DNA of 64,000 nt from an uncultured Chloroflexia bacterium (GTDB lineage Bacteria; Chloroflexota; Limnocylindria; Limnocylindrales; CSP1-4), in assembly GCA_963776545.1 (NCBI GenBank), contig CAVZND010000013.1, forward strand, positions 140,496-204,495, in the 5' to 3' direction. The position numbers and the translations under genes are program-made. Shown in pieces: positions 1 through 9,454 of the stretch (within the stretch, counting starts at the first letter, position 1; every line of letters starts with the position of its first letter). The notes under the pieces were generated by a model. It had not been told where the DNA came from, searched no databases, and saw only the letters and a program-made list of their open reading frames with translations.

Positions 1-1075
1 CGGCCTCGACGGCGTGGCGCAGCGGATCACCGCGCTGGGCATGGACTTCGGCCTGTGGATCGAGCCCGAGATGGTCAGCGCCGAGAGCGACCTGTTCCGG
101 GCCCATCCGGACTGGGCCATCGGCATCCCCGGTCGGCCGCGCACCGAGAGTCGCCAGCAGCTCGTGCTCGACATGGCGCGCCCCGAGGTCGTCGATCACC
201 TGACTACCGTGCTGACCGAGGTCCTCGCCGGCGCCCCGATCGCGTACGTCAAGTGGGACATGAACCGCAACATCACCGAGCCGTGGACGCCGTCGCTGCC
301 GCCCGACCGGCAGGGCGAGTTCTTCCACCGCTACATCCTGGGCGTCTATGAGCTCTACCGGCGCCTGACGACGCGCTTCCCCGACATCCTGTTCGAGTCG
401 TGCGCTAGCGGCGGCGCGCGGTTCGACCCCGGCATGCTCGCCTTCGCGCCGCAGGCCTGGACGAGCGACGGCACCGACGCGATCGAGCGCCTGCGCATCC
501 AGTGGGGCACATCGCTCGTGTACCCGCCGAGCTCGATCGCGGCTCATGTCTCGGCCGTGCCCAACCACCAGGTCGGGCGGGTCACCCCGCTGGCCACGCG
601 GGCAGCGGTCGCGTTCTTCGGGGTCTTCGGCTACGAGCTCGATCCGACCGCCCTGACGGCGGCCGAGCGGGCTGAGATCGCCGACCAGATCGCGCTCTAC
701 GTCCGGCACCGCGACGTCCTCCAGTACGGCCGGTTCGTCCGCCTGTCGAGCCCGTTCGAGGCCGACCGCGACGAGGTCGCCTGGATGGCCGTGGGCGAGG
801 ACCGTCGCAAGGCGGTCGTCGGCTACTACCGGATCCTCGGCGAGCCCGACCCGGGGCCTGTGCGCCTGCGCCTGCGCGGCCTCGACCCGGGCACGACCTA
901 CGTGGTCACGCCGTGGCCGTCCGAAGGCGGCCCCAACCTCGTCCGAGAACCGAGCGGCCGGCAGACCGGCGCGGAACTGATGGCGGCCGGCATCGCGCTC
1001 GAGCTGGGCCGAAACGAGACGATGTTGCGAGGCGACTTCTGGACGCGCCTCTTCGTCCTCGACGCGGACGGATAG
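1..1075 (+). CDS. alpha-galactosidase, GH36 family, C-terminal part (5' end lies outside the window)
   Basis: The frame of ORF 14..1075 stays open to the window edge. It has a KWDMNRN motif and an ESCASGGARFD motif typical of GH36 melibiases, and sugar ABC genes sit next to it. Confidence 0.85.
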   Translation, partial: GLDGVAQRITALGMDFGLWIEPEMVSAESDLFRAHPDWAIGIPGRPRTESRQQLVLDMARPEVVDHLTTVLTEVLAGAPIAYVKWDMNRNITEPWTPSLPPDRQGEFFHRYILGVYELYRRLTTRFPDILFESCASGGARFDPGMLAFAPQAWTSDGTDAIERLRIQWGTSLVYPPSSIAAHVSAVPNHQVGRVTPLATRAAVAFFGVFGYELDPTALTAAERAEIADQIALYVRHRDVLQYGRFVRLSSPFEADRDEVAWMAVGEDRRKAVVGYYRILGEPDPGPVRLRLRGLDPGTTYVVTPWPSEGGPNLVREPSGRQTGAELMAAGIALELGRNETMLRGDFWTRLFVLDADG

Positions 1076-1093
1076 CCGCGGCCGGTGCGCCGG

Positions 1094-2005
1094 CTAGCCC
1101 TTGGTCGACCCCAGCGTCAGGCCTCGCACGAACTGGGCCGAGAGCACGAGATACACGGTGATCGTGGGCAGGGCGACCATGAACGCCGCAGCCGCGAGCA
1201 GGTTCGTATCCGTGAAGAAGGCGCCCTGGAGGTTGTTGAGGGCCGAGGTGATCGGCCGCTTGTCGCCGGTCTTCATCAGCATGAGCGCCCAGAAGAAGTC
1301 GTTGTAGATGAACGTGAACTCGAGGACTGCCAGGGCCGCGAGAGCCGGGCGGCAGAGCGGCAGGATGACCTTCCGATAGATCGTCCAGAGCGACGCCCCA
1401 TCGACCAGGGCCGCCTCGGTCAGCTCCCGCGAGATCGTCTTCATGTAGTTGCTCATCACGAACGTGCAGAAGCCGGTCTGGAAGACGATGTGGATGAGGA
1501 TGACCCCGAAGTACGAGTCGTACATCACGCCGAAGTCGCTGAGTGGCTTCGGCAGTGGCAGCAACAGGTAGATGCGATAGAGCGGGACGATGATGACCTG
1601 CGGAGGGAGGAGGTTCCCCGCCGTGAACATCATCAGCAGGAACAGGTTGAAGCGGAAGCTGAACCGCGAGAACACGAAGCCGAGCATCGACGAGACGAAC
1701 AGCGTGATCGTGACCGCCGGGATCGCGATGATCAGCGTGTTCAGGAAGAACTTGGGCATCTGGGAGCGATTCCACGCCGTCACGAAGTTGTCGAAGTTCA
1801 GCGTCTTCGCGATGGAGACGTAGCCGTCGTGGGACGTGTCGGCGTACGGTCGGAGCGCGGTGTAGAGCGTCCACAGGATGGGGAAGAGCCACACCAGCGC
1901 GAGGCTGATGAGGACGACATGGAGCAGCACTCGCTGCCAGCGGATCCGTCGCCGGTGCTGGACGGCGACGGTCGCCGCGGTCGCCGTGGCGGTGGTCGTG
2001 CTCAT
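1094..2005 (-). CDS. carbohydrate ABC transporter permease (MalG-like, CUT1 family)
   Basis: 303-aa polytopic membrane protein with an EAA-type loop (ELTEAALVDGASLWTIYRKVILP). It overlaps the upstream permease by 4 nt. Confidence 0.9.
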   Translation of the reverse strand: MSTTTATATAATVAVQHRRRIRWQRVLLHVVLISLALVWLFPILWTLYTALRPYADTSHDGYVSIAKTLNFDNFVTAWNRSQMPKFFLNTLIIAIPAVTITLFVSSMLGFVFSRFSFRFNLFLLMMFTAGNLLPPQVIIVPLYRIYLLLPLPKPLSDFGVMYDSYFGVILIHIVFQTGFCTFVMSNYMKTISRELTEAALVDGASLWTIYRKVILPLCRPALAALAVLEFTFIYNDFFWALMLMKTGDKRPITSALNNLQGAFFTDTNLLAAAAFMVALPTITVYLVLSAQFVRGLTLGSTKG

Positions 2006-2976
2006 GCCTGGTCAGCTCGCGTGGTCCGGGTCAGGAAGATCACGATCGGGACCAGCGAGACCACGAGCAGCACGACCGCGATCGCGGACCCGAATCCGAG
2101 GAGACTCGCCTCGCCGATGCTGGCGTTGGTGATGAGGACGGAGAGCAATTCGAGCCCGTTCTTGCCCTGGTTGATGATGTAGACGATGTCGAAGGCGCGC
2201 AGCGACTCGATGGTCGTCACGACGATGATGACGACGTTGATCGGCCGCATGACCGGGAAGACCACGCGGAAGAACGTCTGGCGCGCGTTCGCGCCGTCGA
2301 TCGATGCCGCCTCACGCAGGGTCGGGTCCACGCTCTTCAGTCCCGCGAGATAGAGCACCATCACGTACCCGACATGTCTCCAGCTGGCCGCCACCAGGAC
2401 GGCCCAGATGTTTAGCGACGGGTCACCCAGCCAGCTGATGACGTTGTCCTGGCTGGTCCGGCCGAGGACGCTGTTGATGAATCCCTGAGACGTGTACTGC
2501 AGCTGCCAGATGATGCCGACGACCGCGAGTGACAGGACGACCGGGATGAAGAACGCGCTCTGGTAGATCCGCGTGCCGCGCATCTCGCGATCCAGGAGCA
2601 CTGCGAGGAAGATGCCGATCGGCGTCGCGATGAAGACGAACACGAGCAGCCACAGGATGTTGTGCCAGACCGCCGGCCAGAAGGGCTGGTACACGGTGAA
2701 CAGCGTGACGTAGTTCTTGACGCCGATGAAGTTCTTGGCCTCGAGGCCGGTGTATCCCTGCCAGTTCGTGAACGACAGGCCGATCGAGAAGATCGTCGGC
2801 AACCAGATCAGCGAGATGCACAGGAAGGTCGGGATGCCGACCATCAGCCCCATCACGACCTTGTCGCGGCGGGTCAGGAGTGAATACTTGCGGCGCGGAT
2901 TCGCAAGGACATCCGCCCCGCCGATCACGGGACCGGGCGGGGCGGATGCGCCAGACAACGGGGTCGTTCCTGACAT
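2002..2976 (-). CDS. carbohydrate ABC transporter permease (MalF-like)
   Basis: 324-aa protein with multiple TM segments and the permease loop LREAASIDGANARQTFFRVVFP. ATG at 2976. Confidence 0.9.
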   Translation of the reverse strand: MSGTTPLSGASAPPGPVIGGADVLANPRRKYSLLTRRDKVVMGLMVGIPTFLCISLIWLPTIFSIGLSFTNWQGYTGLEAKNFIGVKNYVTLFTVYQPFWPAVWHNILWLLVFVFIATPIGIFLAVLLDREMRGTRIYQSAFFIPVVLSLAVVGIIWQLQYTSQGFINSVLGRTSQDNVISWLGDPSLNIWAVLVAASWRHVGYVMVLYLAGLKSVDPTLREAASIDGANARQTFFRVVFPVMRPINVVIIVVTTIESLRAFDIVYIINQGKNGLELLSVLITNASIGEASLLGFGSAIAVVLLVVSLVPIVIFLTRTTRADQA

Positions 2977-2997
2977 GGCGTCAGGATAGTCCGACGG

Positions 2998-4389
2998 CTA
3001 GAGCGGCGGCAGCTGGTCCCAGAAGTCCTGGATGGACTTCTGATAGGCCACCATGTCCTGATCCGGCTTGGCGAGCCAGGTCTGGAGGAAGCGCTGCATC
3101 CCGTCCTGGGTCGCGAAGTCCGGGCGCGTGTCCCGGTCCAGGAACTGGGTGATCCGCTTGGCCTTGCTGACGATCTCGACGGCCTTCTTCTGGAGGTCGG
3201 TGTAGGTGCTCGTGTCGCTGTCGTTCGCGGTCGGCAGGACGCCGGGCTGGTACTGGAAGAAGATGCCCTGCGTCGAGCCCTTCGACCAGAATTCGAGATA
3301 GGCGTTGGCAGCGTCCCGCTCGGCCTCGAGGTTCGGCGCCTTCGCAGCCATCTGCCAAGTGTCGATCGGGGCGTCGAGCGCCGCTTCGGCGTCGAATGAC
3401 GTCCCGAGGGTCGGGAACGGGAAGAAGTCGAGGTCGGCCAGGTCTGCCGGGTCGGTGAACGCGCCGGACACGAACAGCCCGAGCAGGTACATCCCCGACG
3501 TCTTCTTGATCAGGGTGTTCGCCGCGTCGGTCCAATCCAGCCCGGCGTAGTCCTTGGCGTGGAAGGGAAGGATCTCCTTCCACTTGTCGAAGACCGCGGT
3601 GACCTTCGGGTCCGTCCACTTCTCCGACCCGGCCATGAGGCCGACGTGGAAGTCGTAGCCGTTGAGCCGGAGGTTGAGGATGTCGAACGTGCCCATCGCC
3701 GGCCAGCCCTGCTTGTCGGCGAACGCGATCGGCACCAGGCCGTCGCTCTGCATCTTCGTGGACAGGGCCTTCAGGTCGTCCCATGTCGCCGGGACTGTGT
3801 AGCCCTTGTCGGTGAAGAGGCTCTTGCGATAGAAGACGGCCCAGGGGTAGTAGTCCACCGGGATGCCGTACACCTTGCCATCGTTGCCGACGACGGATTG
3901 GGCGAATCCTTCCGTGAAGTTGCCCTTGACCTTCGCCCAGACGTCGTCGATCGGTGCGGTCAACCCCTTCTCGGCGAAGAACTTCATGCGGAAGCCGGAG
4001 AACCACGTGTACGCCGTCTCCGGAGTGCCGCCGAGGTAGTTCGCGATCTGGTTCTGGAACGTGCTGTGATCGACCGTGTTCATCTTCACTTCGATGCCGG
4101 TCGCTTCTGTGAACGCCTTGTTGACGGCCGCCATCCCGTCCGGCTCCTTGACATCGGTGTGGTAACTCCCGATGGAAACGGAGCCGGTGGCGACGCTCGG
4201 GGCTGCTGCGCTCGGCGCAGCGGCGCTTGGTGCAGCGGCGCTTGGTGCCGCCGCGCTCGGTGCGGTCGAGGCAGTCGATGAGCTGCACGCCGCGATGATC
4301 GCGGGAACGGTCGCGAGGCCGGCAACGCCGGCAACGCCCTTCAGGACCGTCCTGCGGGAGACGGAACGCGTCTCGATGGGTTCGGCCAT
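2998..4389 (-). CDS. sugar ABC transporter substrate-binding lipoprotein with Tat signal
   Basis: SRRTVLKG twin-arginine motif and IIAAC lipobox, then an (APSAA)n linker and a family-1 solute-binding fold. GGAGGA SD lies 5 nt upstream of the ATG at 4389. Confidence 0.9.
   Translation of the reverse strand: MAEPIETRSVSRRTVLKGVAGVAGLATVPAIIAACSSSTASTAPSAAAPSAAAPSAAAPSAAAPSVATGSVSIGSYHTDVKEPDGMAAVNKAFTEATGIEVKMNTVDHSTFQNQIANYLGGTPETAYTWFSGFRMKFFAEKGLTAPIDDVWAKVKGNFTEGFAQSVVGNDGKVYGIPVDYYPWAVFYRKSLFTDKGYTVPATWDDLKALSTKMQSDGLVPIAFADKQGWPAMGTFDILNLRLNGYDFHVGLMAGSEKWTDPKVTAVFDKWKEILPFHAKDYAGLDWTDAANTLIKKTSGMYLLGLFVSGAFTDPADLADLDFFPFPTLGTSFDAEAALDAPIDTWQMAAKAPNLEAERDAANAYLEFWSKGSTQGIFFQYQPGVLPTANDSDTSTYTDLQKKAVEIVSKAKRITQFLDRDTRPDFATQDGMQRFLQTWLAKPDQDMVAYQKSIQDFWDQLPPL
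4195..4269 (-). repeat. five tandem 15-nt units inside the binding-protein gene, encoding (APSAA)n
   Basis: Plus-strand units are gctcggggctgctgc / gctcggcgcagcggc / gcttggtgcagcggc / gcttggtgccgccgc / gctcggtgcggtcga. Confidence 0.9.
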
Positions 4390-4413
4390 AGCTGCTCCTC
4401 CACGGGACCCTGT

Positions 4414-4448
4414 CCGACAAAATCCAACAGGTTCACCCGGATTGTCGG
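4414..4448. promoter_or_regulatory. inverted repeat CCGACAA-N21-TTGTCGG in the divergent SBP/DeoR control region
   Basis: Read directly from the sequence. It lies 25 nt upstream of the SBP start codon. Confidence 0.35.
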
Positions 4449-4490
4449 CACCCCGGGGGGCGGTGTCAAGGAGATTCGGTCACGATCTGC

Positions 4491-4520
4491 GAAAATCGAC
4501 GTGCAGTTCCGTTGACTTTC
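4491..4520. promoter_or_regulatory. imperfect inverted repeat GAAAATCGAC-N10-GTTGACTTTC upstream of the DeoR gene
   Basis: 8 of 10 positions are complementary. It is an AT-enriched patch in a GC-rich context. Confidence 0.3.
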
Positions 4521-4574
4521 GTGCGGAGGCGCGGCAATCTCTGTTCGAACAAGGGGAACGGTGGCGAGGTGAGC

Positions 4575-5423
4575 ATGACGGACGGCTCCGTCGCATCGAA
4601 AGGGGGAGCGGGAATGCTCGCCCGACAGCGCCAGGCCTTCATCCTCGAGCGGGTGCGCGAGGACGGGGCCGTACGCGTCGCCGACTTGGTCCGCGAGCTC
4701 GGCGTCTCGGACATGACCGTCCGCCGCGACCTCGAGATCCTCGACGATCGTGGCCTCCTCGAGAAGGTCCATGGCGGAGCCACGTCGCTCGTCGGCCATG
4801 CCCTGTTCGAGCCGGGCTTCGCCGCGAAGTCGTCACTCCAGCAGGCCGAGAAGGACGCGATCGCCGACGCGGCCGCTGCCCTCGTGGAACCGGGCATGGC
4901 CATCGGCGTGTCCGCCGGCACCACGACGTACGCCCTGGCCCAGCGCCTCGCCGACGTGCCGGGGCTGACCGTGGTCACCAACTCCATCCGGGTCGCCGAC
5001 GTCCTCCACCAGGTCGGTCGCACCGACCAGACGATCGTGCTGACGGGTGGCGTCCGCACGCCGTCCGAGGCGCTCGTGGGTCCCTTCGCGGTCGCAGCCC
5101 TGCGCACGGTCCACATGGACCTCGTGTTCGTCGGCGTGCACGGCATGGACCCGCATTCCGGGTTCACGTGCCCGAACCTCCTCGAAGCCGACACGGACCG
5201 CGCGCTCATCGAGGCCGGCCGCCGCCTGGTCGTCGTGGCCGACCACTCGAAGTGGGGCGTCATCGGTATCAGCTCCATCGCCCGACTCGACCAGGTCGAC
5301 GTCCTCATCACGGACGCCGGCCTCGACCTCGACGCCCGCCGCGCGCTCGCGGCCGAAGTGCGCCAGCTGATCGTCGTCGATCCGATGGCCGCGCTGGAGG
5401 TGTCCGCCGATCGTGCCATCTGA
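4575..5423 (+). CDS. DeoR/GlpR family transcriptional regulator
   Basis: N-terminal HTH (VRVADLVRELGVSDMTVRRDLEIL) plus a DeoR C-terminal sugar-phosphate-binding domain. ATG 4575 is preceded by GAGGTG. The tracked GTG 4512 and ATG 4614 are alternative starts. Confidence 0.85.
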   Translation: MTDGSVASKGGAGMLARQRQAFILERVREDGAVRVADLVRELGVSDMTVRRDLEILDDRGLLEKVHGGATSLVGHALFEPGFAAKSSLQQAEKDAIADAAAALVEPGMAIGVSAGTTTYALAQRLADVPGLTVVTNSIRVADVLHQVGRTDQTIVLTGGVRTPSEALVGPFAVAALRTVHMDLVFVGVHGMDPHSGFTCPNLLEADTDRALIEAGRRLVVVADHSKWGVIGISSIARLDQVDVLITDAGLDLDARRALAAEVRQLIVVDPMAALEVSADRAI

Positions 5424-6528
5424 GATGCCGGCCGGCACGTTGCCCAGCGAGCTCGCGCACGACCCCCACCGGCGCTACGACCCACTCAACGACGAGTGGG
5501 TCCTCGTGTCTGCCGGTCGGACGCTGCGGCCGTGGCTGGGTGCCGAGGAACCGGAGGTCACCCACGAGCGGCCGACGTACCTTCCGGACTGCTACCTCTG
5601 TCCGGGCAACGTGCGCGCGAATGGCGGCCGCAACCCCGCGTACCCCTCGACGTTCGTGTTCGACAACGACTTCGCGGCGCTGCGCACCGACACCTCGGAG
5701 ATGGCCGTCGAGGACGGCCTGCTCCGCGCCGAGGGCGAGCGGGGCGTGTGCCGGGTGGTCTGCTTCTCGCCCCGCCACGACCTGACGCTCGGGGGCATGC
5801 CGCTCGCCGACATCCGGCGAGTGGTCGACGTCTGGGCGGAGCAGACCAGCGAGCTCGGGGCCGACTTCCGCTGGGTCCAGGTGTTCGAGAACCGCGGGGC
5901 CGCGATGGGCGCCTCCAATCCCCACCCGCACGGCCAGATCTGGGCCGGGACCGCGTTGCCCGGGGCCGCCCAGCGCGAAGGCGCGAGCCAGGCCCGCCAC
6001 GCCGCGGCGACCGGGCGGCGCCTGCTGCTCGACTATGTCGGCCAGGAATCCGGCGGACCGCGGACCGTCGTCGAGAGCGACGATTGGCAGATCGTCGTGC
6101 CCTTCTGGGCGGCGTGGCCGTTCGAGACGCTCGCGATCCCGAAACGGCCGGCCGCCCGCCTGCCGGACCTCGACGACGCGGCACGGGATGGGTTGGCGGC
6201 CGCGCTCGTCGAGCTGCTCGGACGCTACGACGGCCTGTTCCGCCGGCCGTTCCCGTATTCGATGGGCTGGCACCAGGCCCCGTTCGGGGGATCCGACGAC
6301 ATCGAGGGCTGGCAGGTCCACGCCCATTTCTACCCGCCGCTCCTGCGCGCGAGCGTCCGCAAGTTCATGGTCGGCTACGAGTTGCTGGCCGAGACACAGC
6401 GCGACCTGACCCCCGAAGACGCCGCCGAACGCCTGCGCGCCGTCGTCCCGACGCGGACGCCGGCTGAACCCTCGCCGTCCTCCTCGGCCGGGCCGCCCGT
6501 GACCCCCGCACGGGCGGCCCCGGCCTGA
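5413..6528 (+). CDS. galT: galactose-1-phosphate uridylyltransferase
   Basis: CYLCPGN zinc motif and HPHGQIW active-site motif. The start is either GTG 5413 (GGAGG 12 nt upstream) or ATG 5425. Confidence 0.9.
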   Translation: MPSEMPAGTLPSELAHDPHRRYDPLNDEWVLVSAGRTLRPWLGAEEPEVTHERPTYLPDCYLCPGNVRANGGRNPAYPSTFVFDNDFAALRTDTSEMAVEDGLLRAEGERGVCRVVCFSPRHDLTLGGMPLADIRRVVDVWAEQTSELGADFRWVQVFENRGAAMGASNPHPHGQIWAGTALPGAAQREGASQARHAAATGRRLLLDYVGQESGGPRTVVESDDWQIVVPFWAAWPFETLAIPKRPAARLPDLDDAARDGLAAALVELLGRYDGLFRRPFPYSMGWHQAPFGGSDDIEGWQVHAHFYPPLLRASVRKFMVGYELLAETQRDLTPEDAAERLRAVVPTRTPAEPSPSSSAGPPVTPARAAPA

Positions 6529-6580
6529 CTGCGTCCCGCGCTCGGAGTCGGCCGGGTCCGAACCTGATGCCGGATCGTCC

Positions 6581-6600
6581 CGGGCCCGATCCGGGGCCCG
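6581..6600 (+). terminator. weak terminator-like hairpin after galT (CGGGCCC-GATCCG-GGGCCCG)
   Basis: 7-bp GC stem 53 nt after the galT stop. The tail CTTGCGTG is poor in T. Confidence 0.3.
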
Positions 6601-6908
6601 CTTGCGTGAGATGCAACCAACGTCGCCCGAAGGCGAGGCGATGCCCGATTCGCGTGCGTCCGTTGCGTCGTGAGCAATGTCCGGGCATGTCGACAGGTGG
6701 CACTGCCCGAATCGTGCGCCGGGTGCAACGAACGAGCTCGCTCCGGACCCGCCGGCGACGGGACGTGCACCTGATGCAAGGCCTCGTCGGATCCTTGCGT
6801 CTGGTGCATCGATGGGCTGTCAGGACTCGTCGGGCCGCAGCCGGACCTGGGCACGAACCGGCCCCGTTCCGGGCCCGCTAGCATGGCGCCACACGTGACG
6901 GAGGCAGC

Positions 6909-8330
6909 ATGCGGCTCTGGGGCGGGCGATTCAGCGAGGCGAACGACCCGCGTGTCGAGGCGTTCACGGCCTCGATCGACGTCGATCGCGAGCTCGCGGC
7001 CGACGACCTGATCGGCTCGATCGCCCACGTCCGCGGGCTGGGTCGCGCGGGGCTCCTGACCCAGGGGCAGGTCGACGAGCTCGTCGGCGGGCTGAACGCC
7101 CTGAAAGAGGACGTCGAAGCGGGCCGGCTCGCGTGGGACCCGGCGCTCGAGGACGTGCACCTGAACCTCGAGGCCGCCCTCGCCGACCGGATCGGGCCGG
7201 TGGCCGGCAGGCTGCACACCGGGCGCTCGCGCAACGACCAGGTCGCGACGGACCTGCGGCTCTGGACCCGACGGGCGATCGACCGGCTCGACGCCGCGAA
7301 CCTCGCGTTCGAACGGGCCCTCGTCGACCTCGCGGAGCGCGAGGGCGACGCGATCCTGCCCGGCACGACCCACATCCAGCCGGCCCAGCCGGTGCTCTTC
7401 GCCCACCACCTGCTGGCCTACGTCGAGATGGCCGAGCGCGACCGGGGCCGGCTGGCCGACGCGCGGCGCCGCCTGAACGTGAGCCCGCTCGGCGCGGGCG
7501 CCCTGGCCGGCGCGGGCTACCCGCTCGATCGCGAGACGACCGCAGGCGAGCTCGGCTTCGACGGCGTCACCGCCAACTCGCTCGATGCCGTCAGCGATCG
7601 CGACTTCGTCGTCGAGGTCCTCGCGGCGATCGCGCTCGGCATGGTCCACCTGAGCCGGCTCGCGGAGGAGCTCACGTGGTGGTCGAACCCCGCGTTCGGA
7701 TTCGTGCGCGCCTCGGACGCGTTCTCGACCGGCAGCTCGATCATGCCCAACAAGAAGAACCCCGATCCGGCCGAGCTGGTCCGCGGCCGCGCCGGCCGCG
7801 TCATCGGGGCGCTCGCCGGCGTGCTCGCGATGCTCAAGGGTCTGCCGCTCGCGTACCAGCGCGACCTGCAGGAGGACAAGGCTCCGCTCTTCGACGCGGT
7901 GGCGGTCTACGAGGCGTCGCTGGGCGTGCTGGCGGGCATGCTCGAGACCCTGACCGTCGATGCCGGGCGGATGCGCGCGGCCGCGGACGCGGGCTACACG
8001 ACGGCCACCGCGGTCGCCGACGCCCTGGTCCGTCGCGGCATCCCGTTCCGTGCCGCCCACCACGTCGTGGGATCGCTCGTCGCCGAAGCCGAGGCGGCCG
8101 GCGTGCCGCTGGATGCCGCCGACGACGCCATGATCGGGATGGCGCTCGGGGTCAGCGGCGACCCGGACGCCGAGGGGCTGGCGGCGGACCCCGGGATCGG
8201 CGACCTGCTTCGGTCCGCTGCGTCCGTTGACGGCGCCCTCGCCGCGTGCGACGTGACCGGCGGCACGGCACCCGGCCGGGTCAAGGCCGCGCTCGCCGCG
8301 GCCCGGAAGCGCGTGGGCACGGGAGGGTGA
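6909..8330 (+). CDS. argH: argininosuccinate lyase
   Basis: [11 protein letters not shown]-terminus and the fumarate-lyase signature [17 protein letters not shown] lies 4 nt upstream of the ATG. Confidence 0.95.
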   Translation: MRLWGGRFSEANDPRVEAFTASIDVDRELAADDLIGSIAHVRGLGRAGLLTQGQVDELVGGLNALKEDVEAGRLAWDPALEDVHLNLEAALADRIGPVAGRLHTGRSRNDQVATDLRLWTRRAIDRLDAANLAFERALVDLAEREGDAILPGTTHIQPAQPVLFAHHLLAYVEMAERDRGRLADARRRLNVSPLGAGALAGAGYPLDRETTAGELGFDGVTANSLDAVSDRDFVVEVLAAIALGMVHLSRLAEELTWWSNPAFGFVRASDAFSTGSSIMPNKKNPDPAELVRGRAGRVIGALAGVLAMLKGLPLAYQRDLQEDKAPLFDAVAVYEASLGVLAGMLETLTVDAGRMRAAADAGYTTATAVADALVRRGIPFRAAHHVVGSLVAEAEAAGVPLDAADDAMIGMALGVSGDPDAEGLAADPGIGDLLRSAASVDGALAACDVTGGTAPGRVKAALAAARKRVGTGG

Positions 8331-8334
8331 CCGT

Positions 8335-9441
8335 GTGCTGACCCCCGAGACCATCCACGACGCTCCCAAGGCGCTCCTGCACGACCATCTCGATGGGGGA
8401 TTGCGCCCGGCGACCATCGTCGACCTGGCCGCGGAGTTCGGGTACGACGGGCTTCCGACGACCGACGTCGAGGCGCTCAGCGCCTGGTTCCGCCGAGGCG
8501 CGGACCGGAAGTCGCTCGAGCTCTATCTCGAGACGTTCGCGCACACCACGGGCGTGATGCAGGAGCGCGACGCGATCATCCGGGTCGCTGCCGAGTGCGC
8601 GGAGGACCTGGCCGCCGACGGCGTCGCGTACGCCGAGGTCCGGTATGCACCGGAACTCTCCACGGAACGTGGCCTGACCCTCGACGAGGTCGTCGAGGCC
8701 AATCTGGAGGGGTTCCGCGTCGGCTCGGCCCGAGCCGCCGAGGCCGGCCGACCCATCGTCATGAAGATGCTCGTCACGGCGATGCGCCAGGCCGCGCGGT
8801 CGGTCGAGGTGGCCGAGTGCGCGGTCCGCTGGCGGGACGCCGGGGTGGTCGGGTTCGACATCGCCGGCCCCGAGGCCGGCTACCGCCCGACGGGCCACCT
8901 CGATGCCTTCGAGTACGTCCGGCGCGAGAACTTCCACATCACGATCCACGCCGGCGAGTCGTTCGGGCTTCCCTCGATCTGGGAGGCGCTCCAGTGGTGC
9001 GGCGCCGAGCGCCTCGGGCACGGCGTCCGCATCGTCGACGACATCACGATCCGCGACGACGGCTCGGTCGCGCTCGGCCGGCTCGCGGCCTTCGTGCGCG
9101 ACCGGCGCGTGCCGCTCGAGATGTGCCCGACGTCGAACGTCCACACGGGCGCGGCACCGTCGATCGCCGAGCACCCGATCGACCTGCTCCGTCGCCTCCG
9201 GTACCGCGTCACGCTCAACACCGACAACCGGCTCATGAGCGGCGTCTCGCTCTCGAGCGAGTTCGCGGCGCTCGACGCGGCGTTCGGGATCGGCCTGGGC
9301 GAGATGGAGTGGCTGACGATCAACGCGATGAAGAGCGCGTTCGCGCCGTTCGACGAACGGCTGCGCATCATCAACGAGGTCGTGAAGCCGGGCTACGCCC
9401 ACCTGCGCGCGGGCGAGACCAAGGTCGTCGCCGGGAGCTGA
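8335..9441 (+). CDS. add: adenosine deaminase
   Basis: LHDHLDGG metal-binding motif, HAGE motif and TLNTDN motif. GTG start 4 nt after the argH stop. Confidence 0.9.
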   Translation: MLTPETIHDAPKALLHDHLDGGLRPATIVDLAAEFGYDGLPTTDVEALSAWFRRGADRKSLELYLETFAHTTGVMQERDAIIRVAAECAEDLAADGVAYAEVRYAPELSTERGLTLDEVVEANLEGFRVGSARAAEAGRPIVMKMLVTAMRQAARSVEVAECAVRWRDAGVVGFDIAGPEAGYRPTGHLDAFEYVRRENFHITIHAGESFGLPSIWEALQWCGAERLGHGVRIVDDITIRDDGSVALGRLAAFVRDRRVPLEMCPTSNVHTGAAPSIAEHPIDLLRRLRYRVTLNTDNRLMSGVSLSSEFAALDAAFGIGLGEMEWLTINAMKSAFAPFDERLRIINEVVKPGYAHLRAGETKVVAGS

Positions 9442-9454
9442 GGAGCGATCCGCC

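Noticed and set aside
4195-4269. A CRISPR-like or other non-coding repeat array. The same idea was considered for 48321..48362.
   Set aside because: The 15-nt units are contiguous with no spacers, lie in frame inside a clearly coding gene and encode APSAA. The 48.3-kb units are 9-10 nt with no spacers. No cas genes are present.
6805-6811. TGCATCG as a significant shared 7-mer (6805, 32528, 43812, 50147).
   Set aside because: My rough composition-based expectation is about 3 occurrences per strand in 64 kb, so four hits are at background. Only the extended 12- to 20-nt match between 43811 and 50146 stands out.
6375-8417. 680-aa ORF antisense to argH. There are similar long antisense or off-frame ORFs at 14961..17438, 19637..21577, 24525..26318, 43717..46251, 59784..61730 and 4172..5785.
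   Set aside because: Their translations are Arg/Pro/Gly/Asp-rich low-complexity strings with no family resemblance. Each lies opposite or out of frame to a gene with clear conserved motifs. Long spurious ORFs are expected in ~70% GC DNA because stop codons are AT-rich.
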